Below are positions 1-12,140 of a DNA stretch of 49,443 nt, one piece after another. Made by a program: the position numbers and the translations under genes. The notes beneath the pieces were generated by a model. It was given only the letters and a program-made list of their open reading frames with translations, made no database searches and was not told the DNA's origin. The stretch's first letter is position 1, and each line of letters starts with the position of its first letter. Source of the stretch: Craspedostauros australis (Eukaryota); NCBI GenBank assembly GCA_030167865.1, contig JALAGF010004397.1, positions 1 through 49,443 on the forward strand, in the 5' to 3' direction.

Positions 1-1140
1 ATTGCAATGCCCATGATGGAGTTGTGCAAGGTTATGGATGAAGACAAGGGTACTGGGCAAGTCGATTTGTTGGAGTGATGGTGATGGTGCAAAGTGGAAA
101 TGGTGATTACTCCACTGCTGTGTCACACATTCCAAGTCACTCATTGGCTCAACACTTCCACACACATGCAGTGAAAAGACAATGGCAAGTGTGCATGTGG
201 TATAGAAGGTGGTGCAGGTGATGTACTCCATCATANAATGGATAGCTCACACTTCATGATTTGGTTCAGTTGCGGATAGCAAGATGGGATGAATGTACCC
301 ATGAGTGGGTGAGGAGCTTGGAATATCAACAGCATCGAACCTCAGTCGCAGTCACTATTGACACTTTCATTGTCATCACATTGTTGGGTCCTTGCAGTAT
401 GCAAGCATTCACCCGATTGTTCGAACCAGCCATTGGGCAGCTGGTGAGCCGACGAGCGAAGAAAGAGCCATACACCTTGCCAATTGTGCTTTGGTCAAGC
501 TTGATGCAACTAAAGCATACCTTTGCAATACCCAGAGGATTTCCAACACTTGTGTCCTCATTTCTGCATCTAACAATACTCTGAATGATCACTTGATGAA
601 GCTTGTGAATGTTGCGATGACATCTGACTCGACACGTGTGGGTGGCTCTTGATCTGGATTTGGTGCACAATTGGGATCAAGCTGAGCAAAAAGATAGAAC
701 AAGAGACAGTGTGCAAGCAGGAGAGCAGTCAAGGGGATGTCATGTGACACCAATTGAAGATTGTCAATGATGTGATCATGTATGTGCTGATAGTGAAACT
801 ATGCTCACCTGGCTCTACTCTTGCACCATCTTGGATTGCTCCTGTTGGAGTGTGCAAGGCTTGCTTTGGTCCAAGCAATTGGTTGGATTTGCGAATACTC
901 CGATGTTCAAAGCAGTGTATTTCGTGTGCAATGTATTGGTACCATATGATGCATTGGTGCCAAGCCATTGTTTTTCACATCTCAGGACCAATTCACCTCA
1001 GGGTGTGTGTGTCTTGAGCAATGCTCCAGCTTGACAACTTGGCCAATGGCATTGTTGGATCAAAGATGTGCAGCATTGGCATCAATGCTGAGACATCGCA
1101 CACATCTCCAGCATGATGCGTGATCTGGCCTCAGCTCTGC
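1..1140. mobile_element. Probable degenerate transposable-element relic (family not identifiable)
   Basis: By eye CpG-poor and TpG/CpA-rich compared with the genes in this window. No intact ORF. One minus-strand frame (codons starting at 969) runs to position 1 with only TGA/TAG stops, as expected from CGA>TGA-type decay. No diagnostic TE motif recognised. Confidence 0.3.
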
Positions 1141-1431
1141 CATCCGTAAGCTTCACGTTTCCGCACAAGGCGTGCATCCTCCACCCGAACTTGTTCAGAT
1201 GGGGGAATTGAAGCACCAGCGATCGCGCTCATCATCTGGACAGTGTTTGCAGAAGGAAGTGTGCCAGGGACTTCCGGTAAAACGGACTATCGGACTAACG
1301 AACAGCATCACCATCTGGTTAACGGACATTCGTAGTCGTGAATGCGAATTCCTTCGTCGTGGTTGGCAAGTCTTATTCGGACATTCTGGTTTTATCAATC
1401 CGTGATAGAATTGTCTCTAGCCCACATCGAA

Positions 1432-1517
1432 CAAAGATGCCCTATTTAGGGCACGCTTTGAAAAGATGCTCTATTTAAGGCACGTTTTGAAAAGGTGCCC
1501 TAAATAGGGCATTTTTG
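1432..1517. repeat. Three ~29-bp units, each with an internal palindrome, together forming a long inverted repeat
   Basis: Units AAAGATGCCCTATTTAGGGCACGCTTTGA (1433-1461), AAAGATGCTCTATTTAAGGCACGTTTTGA (1462-1490), AAAGGTGCCCTAAATAGGGCATTTTTGA (1491-1518). The core is TGCCCTA-NN-TAGGGCA, and unit 3 is close to the reverse complement of unit 1. Confidence 0.85.
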
Positions 1518-1667
1518 ACATCGCACAGATACGAGTCGCAAGTGGCGACGACAATGTCTGAAGGACACTGCAACCAAGACTAATAAAATCTCATTCACGA
1601 CAAATATTGTTCGTAAGCCCGTTAGAATGAACTCGAACCAGCATGTCCGGAGGAGATATGGAGTACT

Positions 1668-1882
1668 CAACAACACAACACAACACAACACAACACAACA
1701 CAACACAACACAACACAACACAACACAACACAACACAACACAACACAACACAANNNNNNNNNNNNNNNNNNNNNNNNNNNNNNNNNNNNNNNNNACAACA
1801 CAACACAACACAACACAACACAACACAACACAACACAACACAACACAACACAACACAACACAACACAACACAACACAACACA
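1668..1882. repeat. (CAACA)n pentanucleotide microsatellite spanning an assembly gap
   Basis: Perfect CAACA repeats on both sides of an N run (1754-1794); true length unknown. Confidence 0.97.
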
Positions 1883-2004
1883 GTACAGCACTCTTAGTCC
1901 ATTGCGAGATCAAGTGTATCGTATTGTTGCAGTGTCTTCCATTATATAATAGTATGGAATAGTAATAATACAGATGATAACAATGATCCCAAGGTGTGCC
2001 TCCC

Positions 2005-3309
2005 TCACGACACCTTCTGCCGCTTACGATCAAATCCCAGAAGGCACGCCAACCGTGATTCGGGATGAAAGTCCAGCGCGCGCTTGTTGCGGTTACCTTC
2101 CTCCATCGTGGCGTTGCGATTGTCCTGGAAGTCGTTCCGAGTCGATGATTTGTGCTGCGTGAGGTTGTTGTGCGATGGCGCGTACATGGCCTGGAAGGAT
2201 GTGGTGAGCAGCGGCGGGGAATCCGATGTCGTTGGATGCAGCTCGGATATGGATGGCAGAGACGGTCGCGTGAGATGTTGCGGCGTTTTGTGGATGTGCG
2301 CTGTCTTGAACAGTGGGGCTGTAACGTGAGTGGGCGTGTCGCTGTGATCACCGGTTTGGCCATGAACGAGATCCGTCGCTTCTTGCAGCACGGCTGCCGC
2401 TGACTGTTGCGGGGGTTCGTTCCTGTGGATGCTGGTATTGTGCTTGTTGCTTGTGTTGTTCGTTGTGGCGTTTGCAGTGTTGGCGGAGACATCGAGAGAA
2501 CAACCAGTGGAACCATCACTGGCCTCCTTGTGACAGCGATAGGCCTGAACGTAGTCCCGAATGCCTTGCGCCAAAGCCGCCTCATGCGCCCATGAGGAGC
2601 ACTCCAACGAAACCTTGCAGAGGAAGTCCTCCTTGCTCATGGACAGGGATGCTTCCGTCTGCTCGTTCTTGCTTTGGTTGTAATGCTGCTGGGCTCGAAT
2701 GACGCACTTGCGGGCCAGGCCCTTCATCTGCGATCGATCTGTGTTGTAGCGCTCCAGACCGCTGCTGTCCACGGCGATGCCCGCCATCGTGCTGGCGTTG
2801 GCGTCTGCGGTGCCCTGTTGTTGTTGTTGTTGTTGCTGAGCATAGATCAAGGCGGAAAGAAGAGCCACCTTGCGAAAACGGGACAGCTCCGACAAGGGAT
2901 ACCACAGATCCTTCTTGGCTTCCTCCTTGTCCAGGACGATGCAGCAGTCGCACGAGATGACCTCAACGCAGGCTGGGTTGCCATCATCGCCATCATCATC
3001 GTTGCTGTGTCGGAAGCGCACTCTATTGCTCTTGTTGTTGCTCTTGTTGATGCGTTTGGGATCATCATGATGTTGCGAGTTGGATGGAACCGAACTGTCT
3101 TCATGATTCTGCTGCGGACACTGAGGCTTGACACCATCTTGACAGTCGGGATCACCGTGACCGGCCGGCACGCAGAGAGGCTGCGCAGCTGAGACATCAT
3201 TCTGCGGAAGGCAGTCATCTTTCGCAGCCGCGTTTGCTTCCTTCTGGACACCATTCGCCGCTGCTTTGACGTTGGACGTGCCGTTCCACAGACTCGCGAC
3301 TCGCATCAT
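2005..3309 (-). CDS. Uncharacterised diatom-type protein with RVxF motif and LWY...GLE block (434 aa)
   Basis: Long ATG-initiated ORF with coding-like codon usage. Motifs RVRF, DLWYPLSELSRFRK, SSGLERY and AALAQGIRDYVQAY resemble a family I recall from diatom proteomes. Polyglutamine run and low-complexity termini. Confidence 0.8.
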   Translation of the reverse strand: MMRVASLWNGTSNVKAAANGVQKEANAAAKDDCLPQNDVSAAQPLCVPAGHGDPDCQDGVKPQCPQQNHEDSSVPSNSQHHDDPKRINKSNNKSNRVRFRHSNDDDGDDGNPACVEVISCDCCIVLDKEEAKKDLWYPLSELSRFRKVALLSALIYAQQQQQQQQGTADANASTMAGIAVDSSGLERYNTDRSQMKGLARKCVIRAQQHYNQSKNEQTEASLSMSKEDFLCKVSLECSSWAHEAALAQGIRDYVQAYRCHKEASDGSTGCSLDVSANTANATTNNTSNKHNTSIHRNEPPQQSAAAVLQEATDLVHGQTGDHSDTPTHVTAPLFKTAHIHKTPQHLTRPSLPSISELHPTTSDSPPLLTTSFQAMYAPSHNNLTQHKSSTRNDFQDNRNATMEEGNRNKRALDFHPESRLACLLGFDRKRQKVS

Positions 3310-4884
3310 GGTTGTTCTATGCAGAGTATAAGCGTTGCTGTTGATTATTGTGCACGACCTAGAGCACCAATACCAATACGGGAATCAGAACTGGTGTCAG
3401 GATGGTGTTGATTATGGAGTTGAGCACGTCGATGCGGTTGGGATGAACCAGGAGTGTGCTCAGCTTTCTCGATCAGCAGACAGCCTTTGTGGATGTGGCA
3501 GATGGCAGCAGCACCTTGCGTGTTGTTTCTCCGCGTGCTGGTAGTCGCTCGCAACGGAATCGGTTGCGCCTTCGTCTTCAGCCAAGCGGTTCCGGACTTC
3601 TTCTTGCACCGATCTCTCTCTCTCTCTCTGCTCAACGCCCTCTTTCTTCAAACCGACACTTGGTGGGATGTCTGGTGCAGATCGCACTATTGTAATGTGA
3701 TATAAGAGGAATGTAACTGCAACGGTGTTGGCAGGGGCTCTCGTGTCGAATGGCAAGCAAGGTTGTTGCTGATCTGGATCCAAGTACAGAGTGGTTGCCG
3801 AGCAGAGCGTCAAAGTGGAATGTGAGACGTTGTACCTGCAAGAGCGGCCCTTGTGTTGGCGCAACTGTCGTTGTGAAGTGAGACGCAGGTGCAGAGACTC
3901 CTGTTTTTGCTTCGGTTTTGTGCTGCTTCTCGCGACCAAAGGCACGATCATCACACACGCAATGTGTCCACCTTGTCGAATGAGCGTGGGTTTTGTGCCA
4001 CATCGGTAAACAACACACGTCACGATCGAGCACGGGTTCGGACGCACCAATACCATTGTGCTTCATCGCTACGCGGGCAACGCGATGCGCAATGACACCG
4101 CAACTTGCATCTCCGATTGTTTCCGTTTTCTTGAGAAATGTCATTATTGCTCCGCTTCACAGTCGGCATTTATCCGAAGTGTCACTCAACGCAAATAATG
4201 TGAAAACAGGTAGTATTAAAACGACCTTATCATACGAGCAACTATTAAGCGGAAAGTCGAACTTCAATGGTGGGCGAAGAACAGATGTTCTGATTCACAT
4301 AGCACATTCACTACTCCTGCCACCGAACGTAACACGTTCGTCTTTCTCGTGGATCAACATGGAAGCGCCTTCTCACTTTGCGATAACTTCAAGATAACGA
4401 TGCGATGTTGCATTGGTACCAGAATGCCGCAAGCTACAAACGCGAACTTGAGTCAAACACTTAACAACGGCTTATGTCACAAAGGAAGGAGAAAAACGGC
4501 ATTTTGCGGTTCAAGCATCTCGCGAAGCGTTCTGCGGACACAAGTGCACGAATTGGATCATTCTTTTGGGGCACAAAATACTTGCATTCCGACAAGTTCC
4601 TGGAGCCGCATCGATGGAACAGTCCTGATTCATGAATAAATGTATCCCGTATGACACACTACGACATCCTCAACAAACAATTGTAGAGCATGTACTCTAC
4701 GAGCTACTCGATCGCAGGATGATGCTTTGTGCAAGTAATCTCTATCAAATTACGATAGAGACAGGGTTTATCTACATTCGATGGAAGCGCTGTCGTGAGC
4801 ATCCATTCGGAGGTGGATTCTCATGCTCGCAATATGGACGAACGCAGCGCTTCCACCCTTGGGATGTTGGCGCTCATCGTGCCA

Positions 4885-6788
4885 TTATAATGGCACGGCG
4901 ATCTGTTCCATGAACTCATCGAAGATGGCCGACAAGCTTGAACAGGTTGATCGATCCGTCGGTTTAGCGCTGTCCACGACGTCTGTGGCGCAGCTCGTGT
5001 TCAATCCATACTGCTCCTGCTGCGGGCAGTTTGAGGCGCTAGGTGTGCCGTTGCAGTTCCGTGCAACGTTGTCTGTGGGATGGGTATTGATGACGAAGGG
5101 AGCAGAGAAATGAGGCGCAGCGCAGAGCCGAACGGAATACGAGAGGAGAAGAATGGTTGAGGATGTGTGAGATCTGTGGACAACGACAGTGCATTGCAAG
5201 CAACTCTCCTTCAGCACGCACGACGCGGCTTGCATGCGGCAGATCATGGTCGAGCAGAGTGGAGTGGAGGAGAGCCGCGTACTTACTCTGCTGTGCAGGT
5301 TGTGGTGCTTGTGTAGAAAAGGGCAGTGGATGTAGAGCTGAATCAAAATACTGTTGCTTTTGTTGTTTTTGCGCATTCACTGCCTCGTCTCCATCTTTCC
5401 ACATATGTGCATTCACATGCCATGGATCGCGAGATAGATCGAATTGCCATTGGTTGCACTCATTGTGATCGCCGATGTTTTCATCGGTCAGCGGCGAGAA
5501 TACCGAGTTGGACTGCTGGGTAATGCAATCCTTGGCTGTGACCGGATGCTCATTGCTATGAATGGAGCTGATGGTGCTCATCCCCAACGAGCTGGACGAT
5601 TCCGTTGAAGCGGAGTGTTGCAGTGGCGCATTCATGGAACTGCCCATGTTGGCGACGTCGGCCATCGGGTTCAAAGTGTCGAAGAACCGTTGCATGGGTG
5701 ATATCGTCGATGCCGTGGCCGTGGATGCGACAACACCATGGGGCGCCAAGGACGGCGGCACCAACGGCTCATTGTTCCAGACCTGCTGCAGGCACTGAAA
5801 CTCGGAGATAGTCGACTCAGGGGAGCTCTCGTCTGCGACTAGCACCGTCTTGAGCTGGGGAGATGACACCACTGCTGGGAACGACAATGGTTGCGTGGGA
5901 AACTTGGCATTCCCAGAGTTTGGGAGGGCCGGAAGAGACGATTGGATCTTGGGCATGATCCGCTGTGGGACGACCTGTGCCGACGCTTTGCTCTGCTTGG
6001 TCTGTTTGGCAAGGGCGGCCTTGGCCTTGCGCAATCCCTTGATCTTCGTGCGCTCCATGTGCCGGCAGAGTTCAGGGTTTCCTCGGATGAAATTCTTGTT
6101 GGTGTCTATTGGTACGGCCGTTGCGTGTTGTATTGGTGCGTACGTCACGGAGAAAGAGAAGAAGGAAGCAGAGATGGTGTATCCAAACGCGTTCATGCCG
6201 TGAGTATCATGAAGACCGACGCATGTATTAATACGTCAATCACAAAATCAGGCGCAAAGGTGAAGCGATTCGCAAGTTGAATCCCTGTGCAACTTATACC
6301 ATGCAACCACGAGGACGAGACCAACCGAAACCAACGATCACAACAGGATGGGCCCATCCAATGAACTTACAGCTTCCTCTTAACGGATTGCGACGTCCTC
6401 CATGCACGCAGCTGAAGCCCCAGATGTTGAGCTGCCGCACGAAGCTCTTGTACTTGGATTGATTGATGGAGTAGCGCGGGAGGATGACGTCGACGAATGC
6501 ATCCCGGTCATGAATCTTGAAGGATTTGCCATCCTCATTCCAGGAGACGATGGAGACGAATTCCTTCTTGCGCGCATCCTCGAGAATCTGATGCAGGACT
6601 CCGGGGAATAGCGTCCTGAAGGCGTTGGTCTTGTCAACGGATGCGGTGTCGCTGGAGCTACTGTTGGTTGCGAACGAGAGGCAGTCGCTCTCGCTGGCCG
6701 AGACTTGGTTGGCAGCAGTAGCTGCAGCGGTAGTGGCAGCAGCAGAGGTCTCACCCATCGTGACACCTGCCGCCCTTGATTCGGACAT
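4885..6788 (-). CDS. Heat-shock transcription factor (HSF-type DNA-binding domain); exons 6788-6371, 6105-5287, 5072-4885; 474 aa
   Basis: HSF domain FPGVLHQILED...IVSWNEDGKSFKIHDRDAFVDVILPRY...KYKSFVRQLNIWGF. Intron 1 (6370-6106, GTAAGT...AATAG, phase 1) restores GSYTNKNFIRGNPELCRHMERTK. Intron 2 (5286-5073, GTAAGT...CACAG, phase 1) joins a terminal exon ending SAIFDEFMEQIAVPL*. Total 1425 nt, in frame. Exon 3 is less certain than exons 1-2. Confidence 0.9.
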
Positions 6789-8758
6789 GCCGTACTGCGC
6801 GTTGACGGTTGCCTCGTTGCTTGATGTTTTGGTTGTTATTGATTCTTGTTGAATGTCTTGTTATATGTCAAGACTGCTGGGATGGATGACCGGGCGAGTG
6901 TGTTTCTAAGTTGTGAAGAAGAGTATTGTGATACAGTTTGTTGTGGATGCGCTCGCAAGTCCTCCGCGTTGATGAGAAATGCAAGAGCGGATTGTGGGGT
7001 ATTGGGTGGTTCTATCCAGACGGCAGTGCGGAAAGGCAGCCGAGTATGACGCTGATGCGGTTGGCGTCGGTATTATGGTTGCCTGCTGGGCAGAGGTGTT
7101 GCAACAACGAGATGGTTGTTGCTTGTAGAACACGTATAATACATGCGAGTAAACGTGCCAATGCGCTTATGCCAGGCTGTCAACTCCTTCGTTGCTGAGC
7201 ACAGGCGAATTCGTATTTTGGGTTGGACGTGGTCGTGAGTGTGGGCGGGACAGTGTTGGGTGATGTGTTTACTGGTGTAGGTTGGTCCATCCATCCGTCC
7301 ATCCGTCCAACCATCCATCGATCGGGTGTTGTTGTTGCTGTTGCTGTTGCTGTTGCTGCTGTGTCGTATGGTACCATACATACGAGTATGCAGAGTGTTC
7401 TATTCTCTAGCGAGAGAGAGAGAGAGAGTATGGACTTCCGTTGGATGATGATGGATGCTGCCGTGGCTTGTGATGTATGGCAGAGCTCTTGCATCAGTGG
7501 ATGCCAAGTAATTGAATCCAAGCCAAGACGGCGCGATGTGGTGGTGCTGATTGTTGACCACTGATTGAGTGAAGAAGAGATGTGTTCAACAATTGGCACG
7601 TTGCTGGTGGTGGATGAAAAGAGTTGCGGAGCAGCGAAGCGGCCAGCTGCGGAACGCAATCGGCCCCGCTTTCTTTGAGCCGTGAGGAGAGAACGTCCTG
7701 GCAATGTCGAACCAGCAGCGCGCTGCGACAGATGGGACTGTGCGGGTGCCTTTCTCTTTCGTGGAGACCACGAAGGGCTTATTGTACTACTACTAAGTCG
7801 TACTCTCGCAGTGCTGATGACAGGAGTTTCAAACAGCTGTCGAGCATCGTGCCTCCGGATACAGGTGGTTTCGTTGATGATTTCATTGTTGGTTTGCACT
7901 GGAGGGTGACATGTTTACTGGTGTAAAATGGGGAAGCGCCAAAGAAACGCCCAACAGAGCGTGGCATTGGATGGAAACGTGAACTGGTGCGTTTGGTAAT
8001 GATTCTGACGTCAGACAGTTGCGACATTCGACCTCGTGTTCCATGCCACTGCCCCTGAGAGGTAGATGACGTGGGACGTGTGCCCTTCCAGGTCACGAAA
8101 ACGGTTTGCGCAACACAAACATCAGCCGAGATGATTATTGTGCGCTTTGTCTGTGTCACTTTGTTGAAGGCAGATGCACATCGGTATACATGACATGCAT
8201 CTCCTGGTGCCCACTTAATGGGGTGACATCTTTGCTTCTGTACACTGAAACTCACGTCATCTTTGTGAATGTTCGACGAATTGTACCTGTTCCGGAAACA
8301 CAGACAATCGTTTTACGCACGCATGACGTTTGCTGACGCATGTGTTGCTCCTTCGCCTTGATTACAGGACTGATGCATGGTACTTCCTTAGGTTTAATTG
8401 AAGATGGGTGTTTGACTCGATGGACCATTTCTGTTCGGATTGAAGATTGGATCGCGGATTGTACTCACCAGACCTTGTTTCGGCCAATGAGAACGGTGCA
8501 TGGCCGATCTGATTCTCACGTGTTGTTTGTGCCGAGTGCGTGTCATGTCGGTGTTGTCCGATCGCCGACCACCGATGGCGCGCTGATTGTCGTGTTGTTT
8601 GTGCTGGTTCGACCCACTCGCGGCAACAAGACACAACGGAAGATGGGATGGCATCACATCAAGAGGGCGCATCCACACCCATCAACACACATCCACACGT
8701 ATGGACTGTGATCTGGCTTGTATCTGAATCTTCAGACCCTCCGGATCAACTCCGGGCC

Positions 8759-8826
8759 AATCCCATTCAATTCAATCCAATTCAATCCAATTCGAACCAA
8801 TCTACTCTGCTCTACTCTGCTCTGCT
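8759..8826. repeat. Compound pentanucleotide repeats (AATTC/AATCC)n and (CTCTA/CTCTG)n upstream of SQD2
   Basis: caattcaatccaattcaatccaattc followed by ctactctgctctactctgctctgct. Confidence 0.7.
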
Positions 8827-9034
8827 GGAATCGTTGAGAGAGAACCCTGCCATTCCGCAAGTACTGATACTCCATTCCTCCCATCGACCCTATTTGCAGA
8901 TATAGGTGCCGATCTTTCTGCTTCTGCTTCTGTTCCTGCTTCTAATTCCACTTCGAACACTCCGCAGCTACGAGCACGTACTCTAGATCGTTCTAATAGC
9001 TCGGACAGGAAGCAAGGACCCACATCGAACCACC

Positions 9035-10977
9035 ATGGGCCGCGTTACGCGCTGCGATGCATCGGATGGTGCTGCGATGGCCATGTCCATCATGTCGACG
9101 GCCTTCGTTGTCATGCTTGCCATCGCATCGTCGCCCACCTGCGATGCATTCGAAACCGCGGGACGGGCGGCCTTCAACTCTCCCCTCTTCCGCAAGCAAC
9201 CATCGGCATCGGCGCTATTCTCGACGGCCAGCGACAAAGCGCCGAAGCTGCGAATCATGCCACCGCGCAAGGTCGTGCTCATGGTCGAACCGACTCCCTT
9301 CACGCATGTCAGCGGCTACGCCAACCGCTTCAACGAGATGCTCAAATTCATGAAGAAGGCGGAGGATAGCTTCAGCGTCTTGACGGTGGACAGCATGACG
9401 CCAGCCAAAGACCTACCCAACGAAGTCTTCGGCTATCCCATCCAGCACACCCTGGGCTTCACCTTTCCTCTCTACAACCAGATCAGCCTCACGTTGGATG
9501 TGCCGGAATTGAAGGGCGCCACCATGTTGGAACGCAATCGGCCGGAATTGATCCATGTCAGCAGTCCGTAAGTTGGTTGGGATGCACGCATTCTTTCGTA
9601 CTCTTTCCAGGGAGGCTCTCCAGAGTGTCTCTCTAGAGAGTCTTCCAGAGAGACAACAGGAATGGTATCTTGCATGGTGCATGTCACATCTTGTATATTG
9701 GAGAGAATGGGTGTTGGCATTGTCATTGGTGTTGGTGTTGATGTTGATGTTGGCAGGAGATGATATTTGAGTGCAATGCTCTGCTCTGCTCTACTTTGCT
9801 CTGTTTTGCTCTGTTCTCACTGGAAAGAGACAGACAGACACACAGAGAGAGAGAGAGAGAGAGAGAGTACTTACAATGTGCCATGTACTATCGAGAGATG
9901 GCGGTGGTGATTGTGCATTGATCCAACCAAATATCTGACCCTTTTCGCCTCGCTCTACCCTCCTCGATTCGATCGAACCAACCAATTCTCCTACACTCTA
10001 TATGCAGTGGGTTCATCGTGTACCCGGCATTGCTGTACGCCCGCGCCTTCCAAATCCCCATCATCATGAGCTACCACACCCACCTGCCATCGTACGCTAA
10101 AAACTACCTCTCCTTCCTGCCGTTCATGGAGCAGTTCGCTTGGTTCCTCCTCCGCGTGGCCCACAAACGCGCCGATCTCACCGTCGTCACGAGCCCGCAG
10201 ATGAAGGCCGAGCTCGAGGCCAACGGCATCCCGCGCGTCGACGTCTGGCGCAAGGGTATCGACACGGAACGCTTCAACCCGACCTTCCGCTCCGCAGACA
10301 TGCGCAACCAGATGACGGACAACAACCCCGACGACTTCCTCCTCATCTACGTGGGACGCCTCGGCGGAGAGAAGAGGCTCAAGGACATCCGGCCCATGCT
10401 CGAGAAGATTCCCAACGCGCGCCTCTGCATCGTCGGCAAGGGACCCCAGATGAAGGAGCTGCAGGAGTACTTCAAGGACACCAAAACCAAGTTCATGGGA
10501 CAGATGTCGGGTGACGCTCTGTCGCAGGTGTTCGCCTCGGCCGACGTCTTCTGCATGCCCAGCGATTCCGAGACGTTGGGCTTCGTGGTGCTGGAGAGCA
10601 TGGCCAGCGGCGTCCCCGTCGTGGGTGCCAACGCCGGCGGTATCCCCAGCATCATCAATGACGGCACGGACGGATTCCTGGTGGAGCCCGGTGACACGGA
10701 CGGCTTCGTGCAGCGGCTGAACCAGCTGCAGGATGACGAGTTCCGCGATCAGATGGGAAAGAACGCGCGCGCGGAGGCCGAGAAATGGGGCTGGGAGGCG
10801 GCGACGGCGATGCTGCGCAACGTGCAGTACGAGAAGGCCATCCTCAACGCGCAATCCAGGATAAGCAGCGGGATGGGACGGCCCGGCACGACGCACTTTT
10901 GGCGTTGCATCGGATGGAAGTTCCATCGGCTGTGGCTGCGGCTGACCGGTCAGTGGAAGAAGGATTGGAAGAACTGA
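9035..10977 (+). CDS. SQD2: Sulfoquinovosyltransferase (sulfolipid SQDG synthase, GT4 family), plastid-targeted; exons 9035-9567 and 10008-10977; 500 aa
   Basis: SQD2-like motifs VEPTPFTHVSGYANRF, LIHVSSPGF (across intron 9568-10007, GTAAGT...TGCAG, phase 2), MSYHTHLPSY, DVWRKGIDTERFNP, YVGRLGGEK, and GT4 signature MPSDSETLGFVVLESMASGVPVV. The N-terminal hydrophobic signal peptide ends CDA|F, an ASAFAP-like cleavage typical of complex-plastid import. The true start could be a slightly downstream Met. Confidence 0.93.
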
Positions 10978-11336
10978 GGCAGCAAGCAGCAATGAATGGT
11001 GTACCATCCATATCTTTGCCGTTTGAAGTGTTCGCCGAAGTGTCTGCAGTGAGTGCATCAGATTGCTGCGCAGTGTGCGAAGCAATGCACGGAATCGTAT
11101 TATACGAGTAAGCGAAGTTTAGAGATTTACAGTTAATTTCGGACTTCACTTTCGTTGTGCATTGCGTACTGTGCATTGCGTACTGCGTATGGTGTGGTAT
11201 GATGCCTTCCTACTTCATGGCGCACGTCCCATACGAGTACTCCATTGACCATTCAATGATCATTCAATGGCAGCCAGAGCAGTAGTCGTATCATCATCAT
11301 CAGCAGCAGTAGCAGCAGCATCGTGACTAATGATTT

Positions 11337-12140
11337 CTATGGCGGTGGCGGCAAGAAAAGATCTTCCTCCTCTTCATCATCGTCATCATCGTCATCGCCG
11401 CCTCCCAACGCCAACACGGAGGACGACAATGCCTTCCCATTCGGCCTTGTCGGCACCCTGGGCGCGTTGGGCAAGTTGGCCGTCCCCGTGGGTATGACGG
11501 GCGACGCCATGCCTGCAGCCTGCCGCTGCGCCAGATCGCTGTTGATGGGCTTGGCCAGCACGCCGATCATCAGGGGACCGATGAGTCCGTCAATATTGAC
11601 CCATCGATGGTATTTGTCGAACAGCGCCGTGCCGTCCTTGCCCAGCAACCCCTTGAGGATGCGCACGCCGCCGGGATGATAATGCAGATACGGACCGATG
11701 TTGTAGACGCGACCGCGCAGCACCATCCATCCGTCGTACTCCTTGTTGTGCTGCTTGACTTCGGCCAGCGTGATGTCGCGTCTCAGTGGCTGTCCCTTGC
11801 GCTGCGCGAGGTCCTTGGATTTGAGCAGCAGACGCTTCCAATCATGCAGCCCGTAGCCCTTCTTCAATCCGCGGTCGCGCACATTGACGGCCGTCTTGCG
11901 TGAGGACGACGATCGCACGGGATTGGCGCTTGGCTGTTTGAATCTGCGCGGTGGCGGCATGGTGGTGTCGTTCATGTGGCGTTCTTCCGATGCGGCCGTG
12001 GATGGTGCTGGCATGATCCTGCTCTTTGTCGTTTCATTCGTTCCATTCGCTGCATTCATTGCGCCTGTATCTGTATTGGAGCTGCTTGATGCAGCTGAGG
12101 GCCTCGGAGGAGGCGGTGGCATCAATGCGGAGTCGTCCAT
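11337..12140 (-). CDS. Cytochrome b5-like heme-binding domain protein (CYB5R4-N/Irc21/RLF type, no reductase domain), 267 aa
   Basis: GYGLHDWKRLL ... ITLAEVKQHNKEYDGWMVLRGRVYNIGPYLHYHPGG...GKDGTALFDKYHRWVN, with both heme-ligand His (HPGG and YH). Pro-rich disordered N-terminus and acidic C-tail. First in-frame ATG at 12140. Confidence 0.9.
   Translation of the reverse strand: MDDSALMPPPPPRPSAASSSSNTDTGAMNAANGTNETTKSRIMPAPSTAASEERHMNDTTMPPPRRFKQPSANPVRSSSSRKTAVNVRDRGLKKGYGLHDWKRLLLKSKDLAQRKGQPLRRDITLAEVKQHNKEYDGWMVLRGRVYNIGPYLHYHPGGVRILKGLLGKDGTALFDKYHRWVNIDGLIGPLMIGVLAKPINSDLAQRQAAGMASPVIPTGTANLPNAPRVPTRPNGKALSSSVLALGGGDDDDDDDEEEEDLFLPPPP

Noticed and set aside
1432-1517. CRISPR-like array or telomeric repeat (29-bp palindromic units containing TTTAGGG/CCCTAAA)
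   Set aside because: The units abut with no spacers, there are no cas genes and the context is eukaryotic. The telomere-like heptamers are isolated, not tandem.
1500-2585. ORFs with (VLCCV)n or (TTQHN)n repeats
   Set aside because: Translations of the CAACA microsatellite across an N gap, not proteins.
9991-11085. 364-aa minus-strand ORF (likewise 12654-13757 opposite the flavodoxin gene)
   Set aside because: Antisense shadows of well-supported genes.
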